Notes: a model not told the origin generated them from the letters alone. DNA of 64,000 nt from a virus (IMGVR_UViG_3300009868_000001:32001-96000), one strand, 5' to 3'; counted from the first letter of the stretch, positions 29,270 through 39,395 are shown. Program-made: numbers and translations.

Positions 29270-30084
29270 AATTAGGAGTATCATATAGTGTGTTTGATGG
29301 CGTTGAATTACTTGAATCATCAATAAAACAGATCAGAAAGGACGTTGATTTTATAGATGTTCAGTATCAGGAGAAATCATGGTTCGGTAAGCCTGCAAAG
29401 CCTATTGATTTATGTATTCTTAATGAACTTAAGAAAAAAGGTCTCATTGATTCTCTGACTCTATTTAAGAACTTTTATGAGCTTAAGCCCATAAAGATGC
29501 ACGTCATGCAGTCTAAAATATTTGAGACCGCTAAGAGAAATGCCGGGTTGGACTCATGTCTAAAGAAGGGTTGTACTCATTTTATGAATATGGACGTTGA
29601 CGAATTTTATGACACGGAACAGTTTAGAAAAGCAAAATCAATAATTGAAGAAAAGGACCTTGAAACGACTGCTGTTTCGTATTTGAATTACGTAACACCG
29701 ACTTTACATAGAGGTTATTCTCCTCATTTGGTTCCATTCATTCATAAAATAACGCCTGCGGCCAGACATACTAAATTTCAACCGTATTTTCCAGGAGTAG
29801 ATCCTACTCGTGGTCTTGGAGATGAGTCTTATAAGAGATGGCGTATATTTCCTAAGGAGGATATCATAATGCATCATATGGAAATGGTCAGAAGGGATCT
29901 TGCATCGAAATACGAGTCTACTTCAAGGTTTTATTTAGAACGTAATAGAATTAATGAACTGGTTCAACTTGTTGAAGAGTCTAAATCAAAAAACTCCATA
30001 AATTTTAAAGGTATAATATATCCTGGAGCAAAGGAAGATTCTATTTTGACTCCTGTTGAAAATAAATTTGGGATTAAAATATGA
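29266..30084 (+). CDS. GT-A fold glycosyltransferase
   Basis: KRNAGL, DxD motif MDVDEFY, MHH. Confidence 0.65.
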   Translation: MKLGVSYSVFDGVELLESSIKQIRKDVDFIDVQYQEKSWFGKPAKPIDLCILNELKKKGLIDSLTLFKNFYELKPIKMHVMQSKIFETAKRNAGLDSCLKKGCTHFMNMDVDEFYDTEQFRKAKSIIEEKDLETTAVSYLNYVTPTLHRGYSPHLVPFIHKITPAARHTKFQPYFPGVDPTRGLGDESYKRWRIFPKEDIIMHHMEMVRRDLASKYESTSRFYLERNRINELVQLVEESKSKNSINFKGIIYPGAKEDSILTPVENKFGIKI

Positions 30085-30911
30085 CCCAGATAATTGCAGA
30101 GATAGGAATCAATCATAATGGAAGTCTTGAGATTACTAAAAGACTGATAGATGAAGCAGTTGAAGCAGGTGCTGATTATGTAAAGTTTCAAAAAAGAGAC
30201 CCAGATATCTGCGTTCCTGATGAAATGAAAAATGTCTTACGTGACACTCCATGGGGCAGAATAACTTACCTTGAATATAAGAAGAATTTAGAATTTTCAT
30301 ATTTAGAATATGAAGAGATTGACAAATACTGTAAACTTAAAGGGATTAAATGGTTTCTTTCAGTTTGGGACCTTAACTCTGCTGAATTTGCTCGGGAAAT
30401 CGATCACACTATTGTAAAGATTCCATCAGCTCTTGCTCTAGACCAGCCCCTGTTAGAATATTGTAGAAAACATTTTGAGACTCTCATTATATCTGTCGGT
30501 ATGTGTGAAGGCTATCAAATTCAAAGCATAATAGATAGAATTAAGCCGGATGTGATTATGCACACAAATTCATCATATCCAAGTCCAATTGAAGAACTAA
30601 ACCTAAACCACATTAAATGGCTTGAAAAGGTGTCTAATGGGTCGGGTCATAGATTTGAAATTGGTTATTCTGGACATGAATTTGGATTGGTGACGACATT
30701 TGCTGCAGTTGCAATGGGAGCGACTTGGATCGAAAGACATATCACATTAGACAGGACGATGTGGGGTTCTGACCAAGAGTCTTCAGTCGAACCGTTGGGC
30801 TTTAAAAAACTTGTCAAGGGTATTAGAGATATAGAAAAATCGCTTGGAGAATATGGACCACGTAAGGTCACTCCTTCTGAGCATCAAAAAATAAAATCAT
30901 TAAGAAAATGA
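30081..30911 (+). CDS. neuB: Nonulosonic acid synthase (NeuB family, short form without the SAF domain)
   Basis: IAEIGINHNG, KFQKR, GYSGHE, IERHITLDR, GSDQ. Confidence 0.92.
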   Translation: MTQIIAEIGINHNGSLEITKRLIDEAVEAGADYVKFQKRDPDICVPDEMKNVLRDTPWGRITYLEYKKNLEFSYLEYEEIDKYCKLKGIKWFLSVWDLNSAEFAREIDHTIVKIPSALALDQPLLEYCRKHFETLIISVGMCEGYQIQSIIDRIKPDVIMHTNSSYPSPIEELNLNHIKWLEKVSNGSGHRFEIGYSGHEFGLVTTFAAVAMGATWIERHITLDRTMWGSDQESSVEPLGFKKLVKGIRDIEKSLGEYGPRKVTPSEHQKIKSLRK

Positions 30912-31876
30912 AAAGAGCATTAGTATGTGGTGCAGGTGGATTCATCGGAAGCCATCTTGTAAAAAGACTTAAGAATGAAGGATTCTATGTAATTGGCGCC
31001 GATTTAAAGATGCCGGAGTTTAGTAAAACAGCAGCAGACAAGTTTATAATAATAGACCTTAGAGAACCGGGTCTTTGTGATGCTCTATTTAGAGAAGGAA
31101 AGTTTGATCATGTGTATCAGCTTGCTGCCGATATGGGCGGAGCAGGTTATATTTTTACTGGAGAACATGATGCGGATGTGATGCACAACTCTTCACAAAT
31201 TAATCTTAATATTGCTAAACTTTGTGTAAAGTTTAACGTTGAACGTGTATTTTATTCTTCATCTGCTTGTATGTATCCTGCATACAATCAAGAGGACCCT
31301 AATAATCCTAACTGTAAAGAAGATTCAGCATATCCTGCAAACCCAGACTCAGAATACGGTTGGGAAAAGCTTTTCAGTGAAAGGTTATATCTAAGCTTTC
31401 ATAGAAACTATGGCTTAAATGTTAGGATAGCCAGGTTCCATAACATATTTGGACCTGAAGGAACCTGGACAGGCGGAAAAGAAAAGGCTCCAGCTGCCAT
31501 ATGTAGAAAGGTTGCTTCAGCTGAAACTGGAACGTCAATCGATATCTGGGGAGATGGAGAACAGACCCGATCGTTTCTTTATATTGATGAATGTGTTGAA
31601 GGAATCAGAAAATTAATGGAATCTGATTTTGTTGGTCCGGTCAATATTGGTTCAGATGAAATGGTCACTATAAACGACCTTGCAAACAGGACAATTACAA
31701 TATCAGGAAAAACCCTTTCCTTAAACCATATTGAAGGTCCTCTTGGAGTAAGAGGTAGGAATTCTGATAATAATTTAATTCAGGAAAAATTGGGATGGTC
31801 ACCTAATAAACCATTAAATGATGGTCTTGCTTCCACTTATGCTTGGATTGACGAACAAGTTAAAAAGACTAAGTAA
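30908..31876 (+). CDS. GDP-mannose 3,5-epimerase-like extended SDR
   Basis: GAGGFIG, LAADMGG, SSACMYP, YGWEK, EKAPAAICRK, GVRGRNSDN. Confidence 0.88.
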   Translation: MKRALVCGAGGFIGSHLVKRLKNEGFYVIGADLKMPEFSKTAADKFIIIDLREPGLCDALFREGKFDHVYQLAADMGGAGYIFTGEHDADVMHNSSQINLNIAKLCVKFNVERVFYSSSACMYPAYNQEDPNNPNCKEDSAYPANPDSEYGWEKLFSERLYLSFHRNYGLNVRIARFHNIFGPEGTWTGGKEKAPAAICRKVASAETGTSIDIWGDGEQTRSFLYIDECVEGIRKLMESDFVGPVNIGSDEMVTINDLANRTITISGKTLSLNHIEGPLGVRGRNSDNNLIQEKLGWSPNKPLNDGLASTYAWIDEQVKKTK

Positions 31877-31877
31877 T

Positions 31878-32198
31878 GTGAGTAAGACATATTTAATAGA
31901 CATAGACCAGACCATTTCTAAGACAGACGGTCTGGCTTATGAAAGGGCAGAACCAATACTAAACAACATCAACACTGTAAATCGATTATTTGATGAAGGT
32001 AACACAATAATTATATGGACTGGACGTGGTCTATCTAAAGGACCTGAAGAGTCGTTAAAAATAATGCAAATGACCCGGAATCAGTTACGTAAATGGAACG
32101 TTAAGTTTCATAAGTTTATACAAAAACCGGTTGATTTTGATTTTGTTATAGATGATAAAGCAATTGAGTCACATACGTTCTTCTCTAAGCAAGCCTAG
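31878..32198 (+). CDS. Small HAD phosphatase
   Basis: DIDQT, WTGR, KP, IDDK; likely GTG start at 31878. Confidence 0.8.
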   Translation: MSKTYLIDIDQTISKTDGLAYERAEPILNNINTVNRLFDEGNTIIIWTGRGLSKGPEESLKIMQMTRNQLRKWNVKFHKFIQKPVDFDFVIDDKAIESHTFFSKQA

Positions 32199-32199
32199 G

Positions 32200-32823
32200 A
32201 TGGACGTCCTGGTCTTAGGAAATGGACCTCAAATATTAGACATAAATTTTGAAATGATTAAGCCTGAAGTAGTGACTTTAGGTGTCAATCGTATTTGGCT
32301 TAGGTTTGTTCCAGATTATCTTTTTTTTCATGATTCGGACGTATTATATGAAATTGAAAAGAGACATGACATTGATTTTTCAAAGACCACTTTAATAGTA
32401 AGTGATTGGCTCAAAGAACCTATTACTTCAATTGAAGGTAGGTTCAAGCGTGTAGTTAAAATAAATCGACCTAGACCCACCTCCTTTCCAGATTCAGTCT
32501 CTACTGCTATTCAGATTTTTGCTGAATCGATATTTAACAATAAAGACATTAGATTTTACATCGCTGGTGTCAATCTTAAGTGGATTGAACCTAGTCATTT
32601 TTGGAAGTCTATTGATTATTCTGATTCCATGAACAGTCATGGAAAAGATTGGTATGATTCTAGGTTTATTAAGATGTTTAAAAACTTTCAACACTTAATA
32701 AAGTTAGGTTATAAACTTCAATCCCTTACTCCAAATTCCTTATTAAATAAACTGATGAATAGGTCTAATATAGAACACCTCTATATGAATCCTGTCCTAC
32801 TTAGAAACAGTAACCGTATCTGA
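32200..32823 (+). CDS. Second sialyltransferase/Maf-like protein
   Basis: MDVLVLGNGP, LGVNR, AGVNL, SHFW; likely start at 32200. Confidence 0.6.
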   Translation: MDVLVLGNGPQILDINFEMIKPEVVTLGVNRIWLRFVPDYLFFHDSDVLYEIEKRHDIDFSKTTLIVSDWLKEPITSIEGRFKRVVKINRPRPTSFPDSVSTAIQIFAESIFNNKDIRFYIAGVNLKWIEPSHFWKSIDYSDSMNSHGKDWYDSRFIKMFKNFQHLIKLGYKLQSLTPNSLLNKLMNRSNIEHLYMNPVLLRNSNRI

Positions 32824-33588
32824 CATTGCAAGTGTCTTAAATGTCTCGACAAAGTTTGCGGCTAAACCTGGTGTCGTTGGAAACTTTGAATCGATTAAAG
32901 TTGCCATAACAGTTAATAATGCAAACATTTTATCTCCTAAAAGTGCAGGACCTGTCACTGTGCTGTGACCTAACCGTGTAAACTGACCGTCAACATGAAC
33001 GTTATTTGAACTTGCCTTTATTTGAGACCCTGAAGTAAGGTTTATTTGACTGTCTGATGTTATCCGTATCGTTCCACCCTTAAGTTCAATAAGAGATTGA
33101 GACTGCTTATGAACTATTTCTATTGAACTGTCTTGATTGATACGGATCATAGATTCCTTGTTCTCAATCGTTATACCCTTCTTTACTGTAAAATAGATTT
33201 TAAGACCTTCGTCCCCGTCATAAAGTATGTAATGGGAGCCTAAATACTCTCCTTCCTTCTTTAACTGTTCCCTAACGTCATCTGCTATTTCTTGAATCTG
33301 TCCATATTCTGGTGAATATATGTCACCGTTTACAAATTCAATTTGGACCAGGTTTCCGTTCTTAGGAATCGAAACAGAACCTCCCTTGCCTTCTTTTCCA
33401 AAATATGTAGATTTTTGTGACGGGTTTGCCCAAGGTAAATCAGCGTCCTCTATTCCTTCATACACACCATATACGCGAACCTTACACCTACCTATTTTTT
33501 CAGGATCTTCTGAATTGACTACTATTCCTAAATATTTGTTTCCAGCATATTCAGACCCATATGAGTCCTTTTTAATATCGTTTATCAT
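32797..33588 (-). CDS. gp5: Baseplate spike/hub (gp5 N-terminal OB fold + beta-helix, no lysozyme domain)
   Basis: YLGIVVNSEDPEKIGRCKVRVYG, LPWA, IPKNG, FVNGD. Confidence 0.85.
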   Translation of the reverse strand: MINDIKKDSYGSEYAGNKYLGIVVNSEDPEKIGRCKVRVYGVYEGIEDADLPWANPSQKSTYFGKEGKGGSVSIPKNGNLVQIEFVNGDIYSPEYGQIQEIADDVREQLKKEGEYLGSHYILYDGDEGLKIYFTVKKGITIENKESMIRINQDSSIEIVHKQSQSLIELKGGTIRITSDSQINLTSGSQIKASSNNVHVDGQFTRLGHSTVTGPALLGDKMFALLTVMATLIDSKFPTTPGLAANFVETFKTLAMSDTVTVSK

Positions 33589-33607
33589 AAAGTCTTATAC
33601 TACTTTT

Positions 33608-35446
33608 TTAGTCACGGTACACGTTTCCTAAATCTTCAGGTCCATTGTCTAATGGTCGAATGTTGTAGTTTTCACCTAAGTCTGATGGACCGTTTGGAAG
33701 TTGTTCATCTGGATAATTATCACCTAGAAACTTTGGACCACCTGACAGTTGATCGTTTGGATAGACATCTCCAATTGTGTCAGGGCCGTTCATTAAATGA
33801 TTGTTCGGATAGACGTCCCCTAAATCAGAAGGTCCATTTGGTCCAGGGCCGTCTGGATAGACATCACCTAGGACATTAGGTCCATCAGGTAACTGTCCGT
33901 CTGGATAAACGTCTCCTATTACTTCAGGTCCGTCTGGTAATTGGTTATCTGGATACACATCGCCAATTGAGTTAGGTCCGTCTAATATTTGAGAGTCTGG
34001 ATAAACGTCTCCAATTACTTGAGGTCCATCTGGAAGTTGACTGTCTGGATAGACATCACCTATTGAGCCAGGTCCATCAGGTAATTGACCATTTGGATAA
34101 ACGTCTCCAAGAACCTGAGGTCCGTCTGGTAACTGATCGTTTGGATAAACGTCTCCAATTGTATTGGGACCATCTGGTATTTGAAAATCAGGATAATTGT
34201 CTCCCAAGTCGGTCGGACCGTTTGGTATTGCATCAATATCATATATCTTCCCAAGGTCATTAGGACCGTTTGGAAGTTTAGTTGTCGGATAAACGTCTCC
34301 TCCGAGGTTATCATCAGGTCGTCTAGCGGCCCTACGTTGAGGACCAAAGTTAAATAGAGGAGTTGTGTGATTAAATAGAGGGTCTTGGTTGTATATGTTT
34401 CCTAAAGAACCGTTTTCTACTAACTTTTGAAGCTCGCTTATTCCTGTGTTTATTAATTGAGAAGGAACCGACAGAACCTTTTCAAGAGCACCTTCACCAC
34501 GTAATAAAGCATTTTTAGCAACGTTTGCAAACGGACCTAAATCGTTTGCTATTCCTAAAAGGTCCAGACTATTACCTCCGCCTATAAACTGTTCTTTAAG
34601 TGCATGTGCTTCTTCGAAATACCCAATCTTTATTTTAAAGCTTGAAGAAAAAGGTTTTTCAGGAGTGTAAACTGTAAAACCAGAACCGTCTCGTGCCCTT
34701 AAAGAATCTGAGAAATCAAATTCACACTGATAACACCTATACCTTAGATAGCCAAAATGATCTAATGCATTTGATATAGATATCTGTGCATTAGGGTTTA
34801 TTGTACCAGGATCGTCTTTTTTGACAGGGTATTTCACTTCATTAATCAGACGGTTACCTGCATCGTTGTTTTTCTTAAGACCAAATGTTGTAATACCTGT
34901 TTCGAGAATCTCCCTAAAGTTTCTTATTTCAGCAAGGTAAATGTCCATACTAAACCACCTAAGATTATCAGGCAGTCTATAACGAATGTTTCGTTGATCA
35001 TATGCAAGCTTTCTATAAAGGTTAGCTATTGTCAAAACCCTTAGGTCTAATGATTCTAAAGTGTTTATTGAAACAACAGCCCCGCTTTTTAGTTTTGGAC
35101 CCATTCTAGTTGCAATGTTCCATAAGTCTCCTACTCCATCAATAGATTGAAAATACCATGGAGTCTCGTCTGTTATACTCTGTAAAAGCTGCTTCATCGC
35201 TGGAATGCAATTAGCATTTGCTGAATAATCATACTTATTTAAAAACTGTTTAGCAGAGGCAACGCTGTCTGTTTCATGAAACAGAGGGCTTGCTGTCAGA
35301 TTAGTAAAAGGATCAATCATTTCACCAGTGAAGTCAAAATCAATAGCAAACGTTAAGTATGTAGGTTCATCGAACGGGTCTCCGTTCATAAATCCCTTTC
35401 TAAACCGATTGGTCTTATTTGATATGTCTAAGAAATTTGCTGGCAT
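33608..35446 (-). CDS. Baseplate/tail-tube-fold protein with C-terminal 16-aa tandem repeats
   Basis: DEPTYL, PWYFQSIDG, LESLDLR, LPDNLRWF, YQCEFD; lies in the baseplate operon. Confidence 0.6.
   Translation of the reverse strand: MPANFLDISNKTNRFRKGFMNGDPFDEPTYLTFAIDFDFTGEMIDPFTNLTASPLFHETDSVASAKQFLNKYDYSANANCIPAMKQLLQSITDETPWYFQSIDGVGDLWNIATRMGPKLKSGAVVSINTLESLDLRVLTIANLYRKLAYDQRNIRYRLPDNLRWFSMDIYLAEIRNFREILETGITTFGLKKNNDAGNRLINEVKYPVKKDDPGTINPNAQISISNALDHFGYLRYRCYQCEFDFSDSLRARDGSGFTVYTPEKPFSSSFKIKIGYFEEAHALKEQFIGGGNSLDLLGIANDLGPFANVAKNALLRGEGALEKVLSVPSQLINTGISELQKLVENGSLGNIYNQDPLFNHTTPLFNFGPQRRAARRPDDNLGGDVYPTTKLPNGPNDLGKIYDIDAIPNGPTDLGDNYPDFQIPDGPNTIGDVYPNDQLPDGPQVLGDVYPNGQLPDGPGSIGDVYPDSQLPDGPQVIGDVYPDSQILDGPNSIGDVYPDNQLPDGPEVIGDVYPDGQLPDGPNVLGDVYPDGPGPNGPSDLGDVYPNNHLMNGPDTIGDVYPNDQLSGGPKFLGDNYPDEQLPNGPSDLGENYNIRPLDNGPEDLGNVYRD
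33611..34303 (-). repeat. About 14.5 coding repeats of 48 bp / 16 aa, (L/I)GDVYPDxQLPDGPxx
   Basis: Seen in both the translation and the DNA (recurrent ggataaacgtctcc / ggatagacatc). Confidence 0.9.
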
Positions 35447-35447
35447 T

Positions 35448-36875
35448 TTATGAACCGAATGTTTTTGCTGGTTTCCATTCTTTTCTGGCTAACCAAAGCT
35501 CAGTTACATACCTATTTTTATTTTCAGGTGTGACTGGTCTATATTTATAAACTACGTCTTTTATGTAGTATTGTCCTGTCGTGTATTCATCGACATATGT
35601 TGACCTATCCAAAGAACCTGCCGGAGTATTTTGAGTATTTGTTTCAATTGCAAGTTCTTCTGCTGTGTCAACGAAAATTGCGGCCAAAACCTTTTGTCCT
35701 CTTGTCAAAGATGCATTAAATCCTCTAAGTGTTACCTTTAAAAGGTTTTTATCTAATTCTCTATTGTTATGGTCATTTATAAGTCGTGCAAACTTATAGT
35801 TCTTATGGGCATTATGATAATCTATTCCTAACCATTTCACAATCTCTCCCTTTTTAAAATCTTCAAGTTGAGGTAACTGATATTCTTGACCTTGAGTTGG
35901 AGTCTGTTTAGTTATAGGTTCTTGGTAAAAGCTAAGAACCTTTTGTTCTTTTGCATGGTCATACCACATTGCCCTCTTTCTAATAAATTCTTCCTTTAGG
36001 ACTTGTCCGTGTTCGCTCATAAATCCATAATTGATTATGAATGAGTCTCCTTGTTTTGCATTTGGGTGGTTTGTTACTATTGCTGGTGTTGGAAACTTCG
36101 CTTCCTCTTGGCTTGAATAGTTAAACCTAGTTTGTCCTATTGACGCTTGATTTAAACCCAATAAAGTTTCATCCAAGTCTCCTGCTTGCATTATCTTTTC
36201 AATGTTGACATAATTCAACATATAATATCTGTCGATGAAACACGTAAAGAAACTTGATTCGTCCTTATACGCATATTCAATTATTCTCTTAATGAGACCT
36301 CGATAGTTTATGTTTGGTGCCAACCAAGTCATCTTGTCGTTTGGCTTTTCCTCATTTGACGCAAATCCCAGACCAAGTTCCTCTGATATCTTTCTAAGTG
36401 CATCAAATGAAGACATGTTTGAGTATGCCTTACTAACATTGTTATAAAGATTAGGAACATATAACTCTCCACGCACATCATAAACTGGTGTTGGACCATA
36501 TGATGGCCTTATTGAAGTTATCAAAAAATCTGCACGAAACGGTTTCAGCTGAGTGTGTGTTGATTTTACATAAACGCTCATTATTGGTTTATATTTAGGA
36601 GCCCTAATACCGGTGAAAACTTTGTCATGGTCTATAAAGCTCATGGAGATTTCAGGTAAAAATGAATTCTGAGTGACCTGAAAATTAATTATTGAGCTTC
36701 CATTTATATAATGGTCATTGATTTTTACAAATGGAGTTATAGCACCGGTTACTTCAGATGGAGCAGGTTGGACGTTATAATTGTTTCCATCTGCTTTCTC
36801 TAAATATGGTTTGTCTAGCGTCTCTAATGCAATTTTAGGTTGGCTTATCGATAATATTTTATAGTCTAACGCCAT
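35448..36875 (-). CDS. Baseplate hub protein (gp27-like)
   Basis: Position upstream of gp5; LRKISEELGLGF, DKMTW, TGQYYIKDV. Confidence 0.6.
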   Translation of the reverse strand: MALDYKILSISQPKIALETLDKPYLEKADGNNYNVQPAPSEVTGAITPFVKINDHYINGSSIINFQVTQNSFLPEISMSFIDHDKVFTGIRAPKYKPIMSVYVKSTHTQLKPFRADFLITSIRPSYGPTPVYDVRGELYVPNLYNNVSKAYSNMSSFDALRKISEELGLGFASNEEKPNDKMTWLAPNINYRGLIKRIIEYAYKDESSFFTCFIDRYYMLNYVNIEKIMQAGDLDETLLGLNQASIGQTRFNYSSQEEAKFPTPAIVTNHPNAKQGDSFIINYGFMSEHGQVLKEEFIRKRAMWYDHAKEQKVLSFYQEPITKQTPTQGQEYQLPQLEDFKKGEIVKWLGIDYHNAHKNYKFARLINDHNNRELDKNLLKVTLRGFNASLTRGQKVLAAIFVDTAEELAIETNTQNTPAGSLDRSTYVDEYTTGQYYIKDVVYKYRPVTPENKNRYVTELWLARKEWKPAKTFGS

Positions 36876-37465
36876 TATTGTTTAAAGATCTTGTTATTTA
36901 TGAGTGCTTCTTTTATTCTACTACGGGATAGAGGTTCAGGACAGTCTCTTTTTTGAACTTGAGTTACGTCTTCTCCAAATACCACACTTCCTCCGCTAAT
37001 CTTAATGCTTGTGTCTCCTGGAAGAACAACATTAGGCGGAGCGACTGGGTCCCTAGATATTTTATTAAGATGGTCCATCCTAGATTTATCACGCTGAGTC
37101 TTTGGTTTAACTAATTCAATCTTAGAAGACCTAGCCGACCTGTCTGACGATATATTAAGCATCTGTTTTCCACAAGACAATAAATCTTGTTCAAGCGGTG
37201 CGTAAATTATCTGTCCTGGATATAATGAAAATGGATTTGATATTCCATTAAACTTTAGAAGGTAGTCCATTAAGTTCTGATTTCGATAAATGTAATGAGA
37301 AAGAAGGTCAGGTCTCATGGCAGTATCATCTGTCACTCTATAAACAGAGTGTTGGTTGAATCCACCAAGCGCACTAAAATCGAAGATTCCACGAACAAGT
37401 TCAACAATCCTTTCTCCAGTCTTCTTGACAAAGAAACCCTTACTTAATGTTTTTAATAAAATCAT
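36875..37465 (-). CDS. Baseplate wedge protein (gp53/LysM-like)
   Basis: MRPDLLSHYIY...LLKFNGISNPFSLYPGQIIYAP. Confidence 0.75.
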   Translation of the reverse strand: MILLKTLSKGFFVKKTGERIVELVRGIFDFSALGGFNQHSVYRVTDDTAMRPDLLSHYIYRNQNLMDYLLKFNGISNPFSLYPGQIIYAPLEQDLLSCGKQMLNISSDRSARSSKIELVKPKTQRDKSRMDHLNKISRDPVAPPNVVLPGDTSIKISGGSVVFGEDVTQVQKRDCPEPLSRSRIKEALINNKIFKQ

Positions 37466-37478
37466 CTCTTCTTAATTT

Positions 37479-39395
37479 TTATTGACCTCCTGTTGTCTGG
37501 GTAGAGCTTCCGCCTGCTACGTTTTGAATAATCTGAGGATTTGAGTTTCGTTCGGACGGATTCTGAATACCTTGAGACACTATCTCTTTATTTGAACCAA
37601 AGTATGAATCAATAAGGTCAGTATTATATCCTTTACCATATGCATTTTCAATTCTCTTTCTAATCTGTCCAATATCAACTCCTTGGTTTGCTTCTGCTTT
37701 ATTTGCAGTGCTACCCTGTTTTGCTTCACTGTCGCTATATACTGGTTTATAATTAAGTTGAGTGTTTCCTGCTGTGTAGGTATTAGACTGGCTAGACGGA
37801 GATTTAAGGTCTTTGACATACATTGCACCGTTACCCAAGTTGAATATCGATTCATATCCAAAAAGGTCCCTAGGTTTAGCCATTTGCAGAGTCACAGTAA
37901 AGGTAACTTCAGTTGGGAAGTCATCAGGGCCCAGTTCGTCTCCTAATTCAATTTGAACGTCCTTACATATAAGGTCTCCAAGTGTTGCGATAGGATTTAA
38001 TGGATTTCCTATGACTAAGTGCCATTCTCCGATTGGACGATAGTTTAACGGACTTCTTTCGATTATAGGTCTCATTGAACTACCGAAATAGCTTGCTAGA
38101 AAGTTATTCACCAACGTATTTCCTACGTTTCCAATAGTTCCAGTTGGGTCTTTTTTGGCATCGTTTCCTACGTTTTGTATAGATGTGTGTATGACTGAAA
38201 GCATGTTTCCGGTCAAAACTTTCATGGCTTCAATTACCTTGTCCATGTTTCCACTCTGCATGGCTGAACTGACAAGCTCATTTACCTTAGGGTCGTTTAA
38301 GATTGCACCAGCAGTTGGGACATATCTTTCTAGTATGTTGAGATATGTTCCGTTTAAATAAGTCAATTCTAAAAAGTTTGACAGAAGGTCAAGAAATGCA
38401 ACTTTGGCCCTTACTCCTGCGTATGAGCGTAGGTTGTAATGAAACTTTATCGTGATAGGTTGAGCATATGATCCAGTAGACAGACCCCTGTCTCTTATCA
38501 TCGTTCTGTCAATCACGCTGACCGGACCAAATATTTGGTCCCAGTAAGGTCCGTTTGTATAAAGCTGTTTAAAATACTTCTGCATATTCTCAAAATATCC
38601 TGTAAAAAGAAGTTGTGATGACCCGTTAGAATAGTTACCGTCTTTTTTATACTCTGAAAGGTCATATAACGTACTTAAAAACGGCTGGATTGCGTCTGCT
38701 TTATCCTTGCCTAAAAGACTCAATAGAGATTTCACGGTAATTTCGTTACCTTCAACTAATTGTTCTTGCACTTGAATCTGTTTCCAGTTTATGGAAAGTT
38801 TGTTTGGAATTATCTGACTCAATTTGTTACCTGTCTCTTCACCAAACCAAGTTACAGCCTGAGAAAGTGGGACCAATACTCGATTTTTTGCGGCTTTGAG
38901 ATTGTCGTTTACAGGAAATGGATATCTTCTAAGTGTTATTAATCGGTTGTTTGGAATTTTACCATAGTGTTTACACCATAGAAAATCTGTCCATGAATAT
39001 GGAGTAGGGCCTAAGGCATCTTCGGATGCATCCTTAAAGTTTCTAAAGTATTCGATGATGGTTTTTGCATCTGGATTATCGATGACATCCTGGAAGTCCG
39101 GACCTATCTCTTTCATCTTACCTCCACCAAACACCTGGTTTTGTAGGTTTTGGGAAGATTGTGAAGCGTTTGGGTTTCCATTAGGAACTGCTGACCTTCC
39201 TTGATAGTGTAGACCAACATTGTATGTGTTAATGTTTGCTCCAAACTTAGAATACCTGAAAAGGGAATACTTATTGAATATGGCATCTACTCCAAATCCT
39301 TTACCTTGACTTATAATATGATCCCTAACTTGGGGTGCATATGAATTTTGAAGACCAGGATCTCCAAATAAATCAGCGACTGTTAGTTTAGCCAT
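37479..39395 (-). CDS. Baseplate/tail-tube initiator-like structural protein
   Basis: First gene of the baseplate operon (TATAAATA at 39413-39420); NNRLITLRRYP, GEWHLVIGNP, LGPDDFPTE. Confidence 0.55.
   Translation of the reverse strand: MAKLTVADLFGDPGLQNSYAPQVRDHIISQGKGFGVDAIFNKYSLFRYSKFGANINTYNVGLHYQGRSAVPNGNPNASQSSQNLQNQVFGGGKMKEIGPDFQDVIDNPDAKTIIEYFRNFKDASEDALGPTPYSWTDFLWCKHYGKIPNNRLITLRRYPFPVNDNLKAAKNRVLVPLSQAVTWFGEETGNKLSQIIPNKLSINWKQIQVQEQLVEGNEITVKSLLSLLGKDKADAIQPFLSTLYDLSEYKKDGNYSNGSSQLLFTGYFENMQKYFKQLYTNGPYWDQIFGPVSVIDRTMIRDRGLSTGSYAQPITIKFHYNLRSYAGVRAKVAFLDLLSNFLELTYLNGTYLNILERYVPTAGAILNDPKVNELVSSAMQSGNMDKVIEAMKVLTGNMLSVIHTSIQNVGNDAKKDPTGTIGNVGNTLVNNFLASYFGSSMRPIIERSPLNYRPIGEWHLVIGNPLNPIATLGDLICKDVQIELGDELGPDDFPTEVTFTVTLQMAKPRDLFGYESIFNLGNGAMYVKDLKSPSSQSNTYTAGNTQLNYKPVYSDSEAKQGSTANKAEANQGVDIGQIRKRIENAYGKGYNTDLIDSYFGSNKEIVSQGIQNPSERNSNPQIIQNVAGGSSTQTTGGQ

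Noticed and set aside
33611-34303. CRISPR array or non-coding repeat
   Set aside because: The 48-bp period is in frame, varies at synonymous sites and has no unique spacers, so it is a protein repeat.
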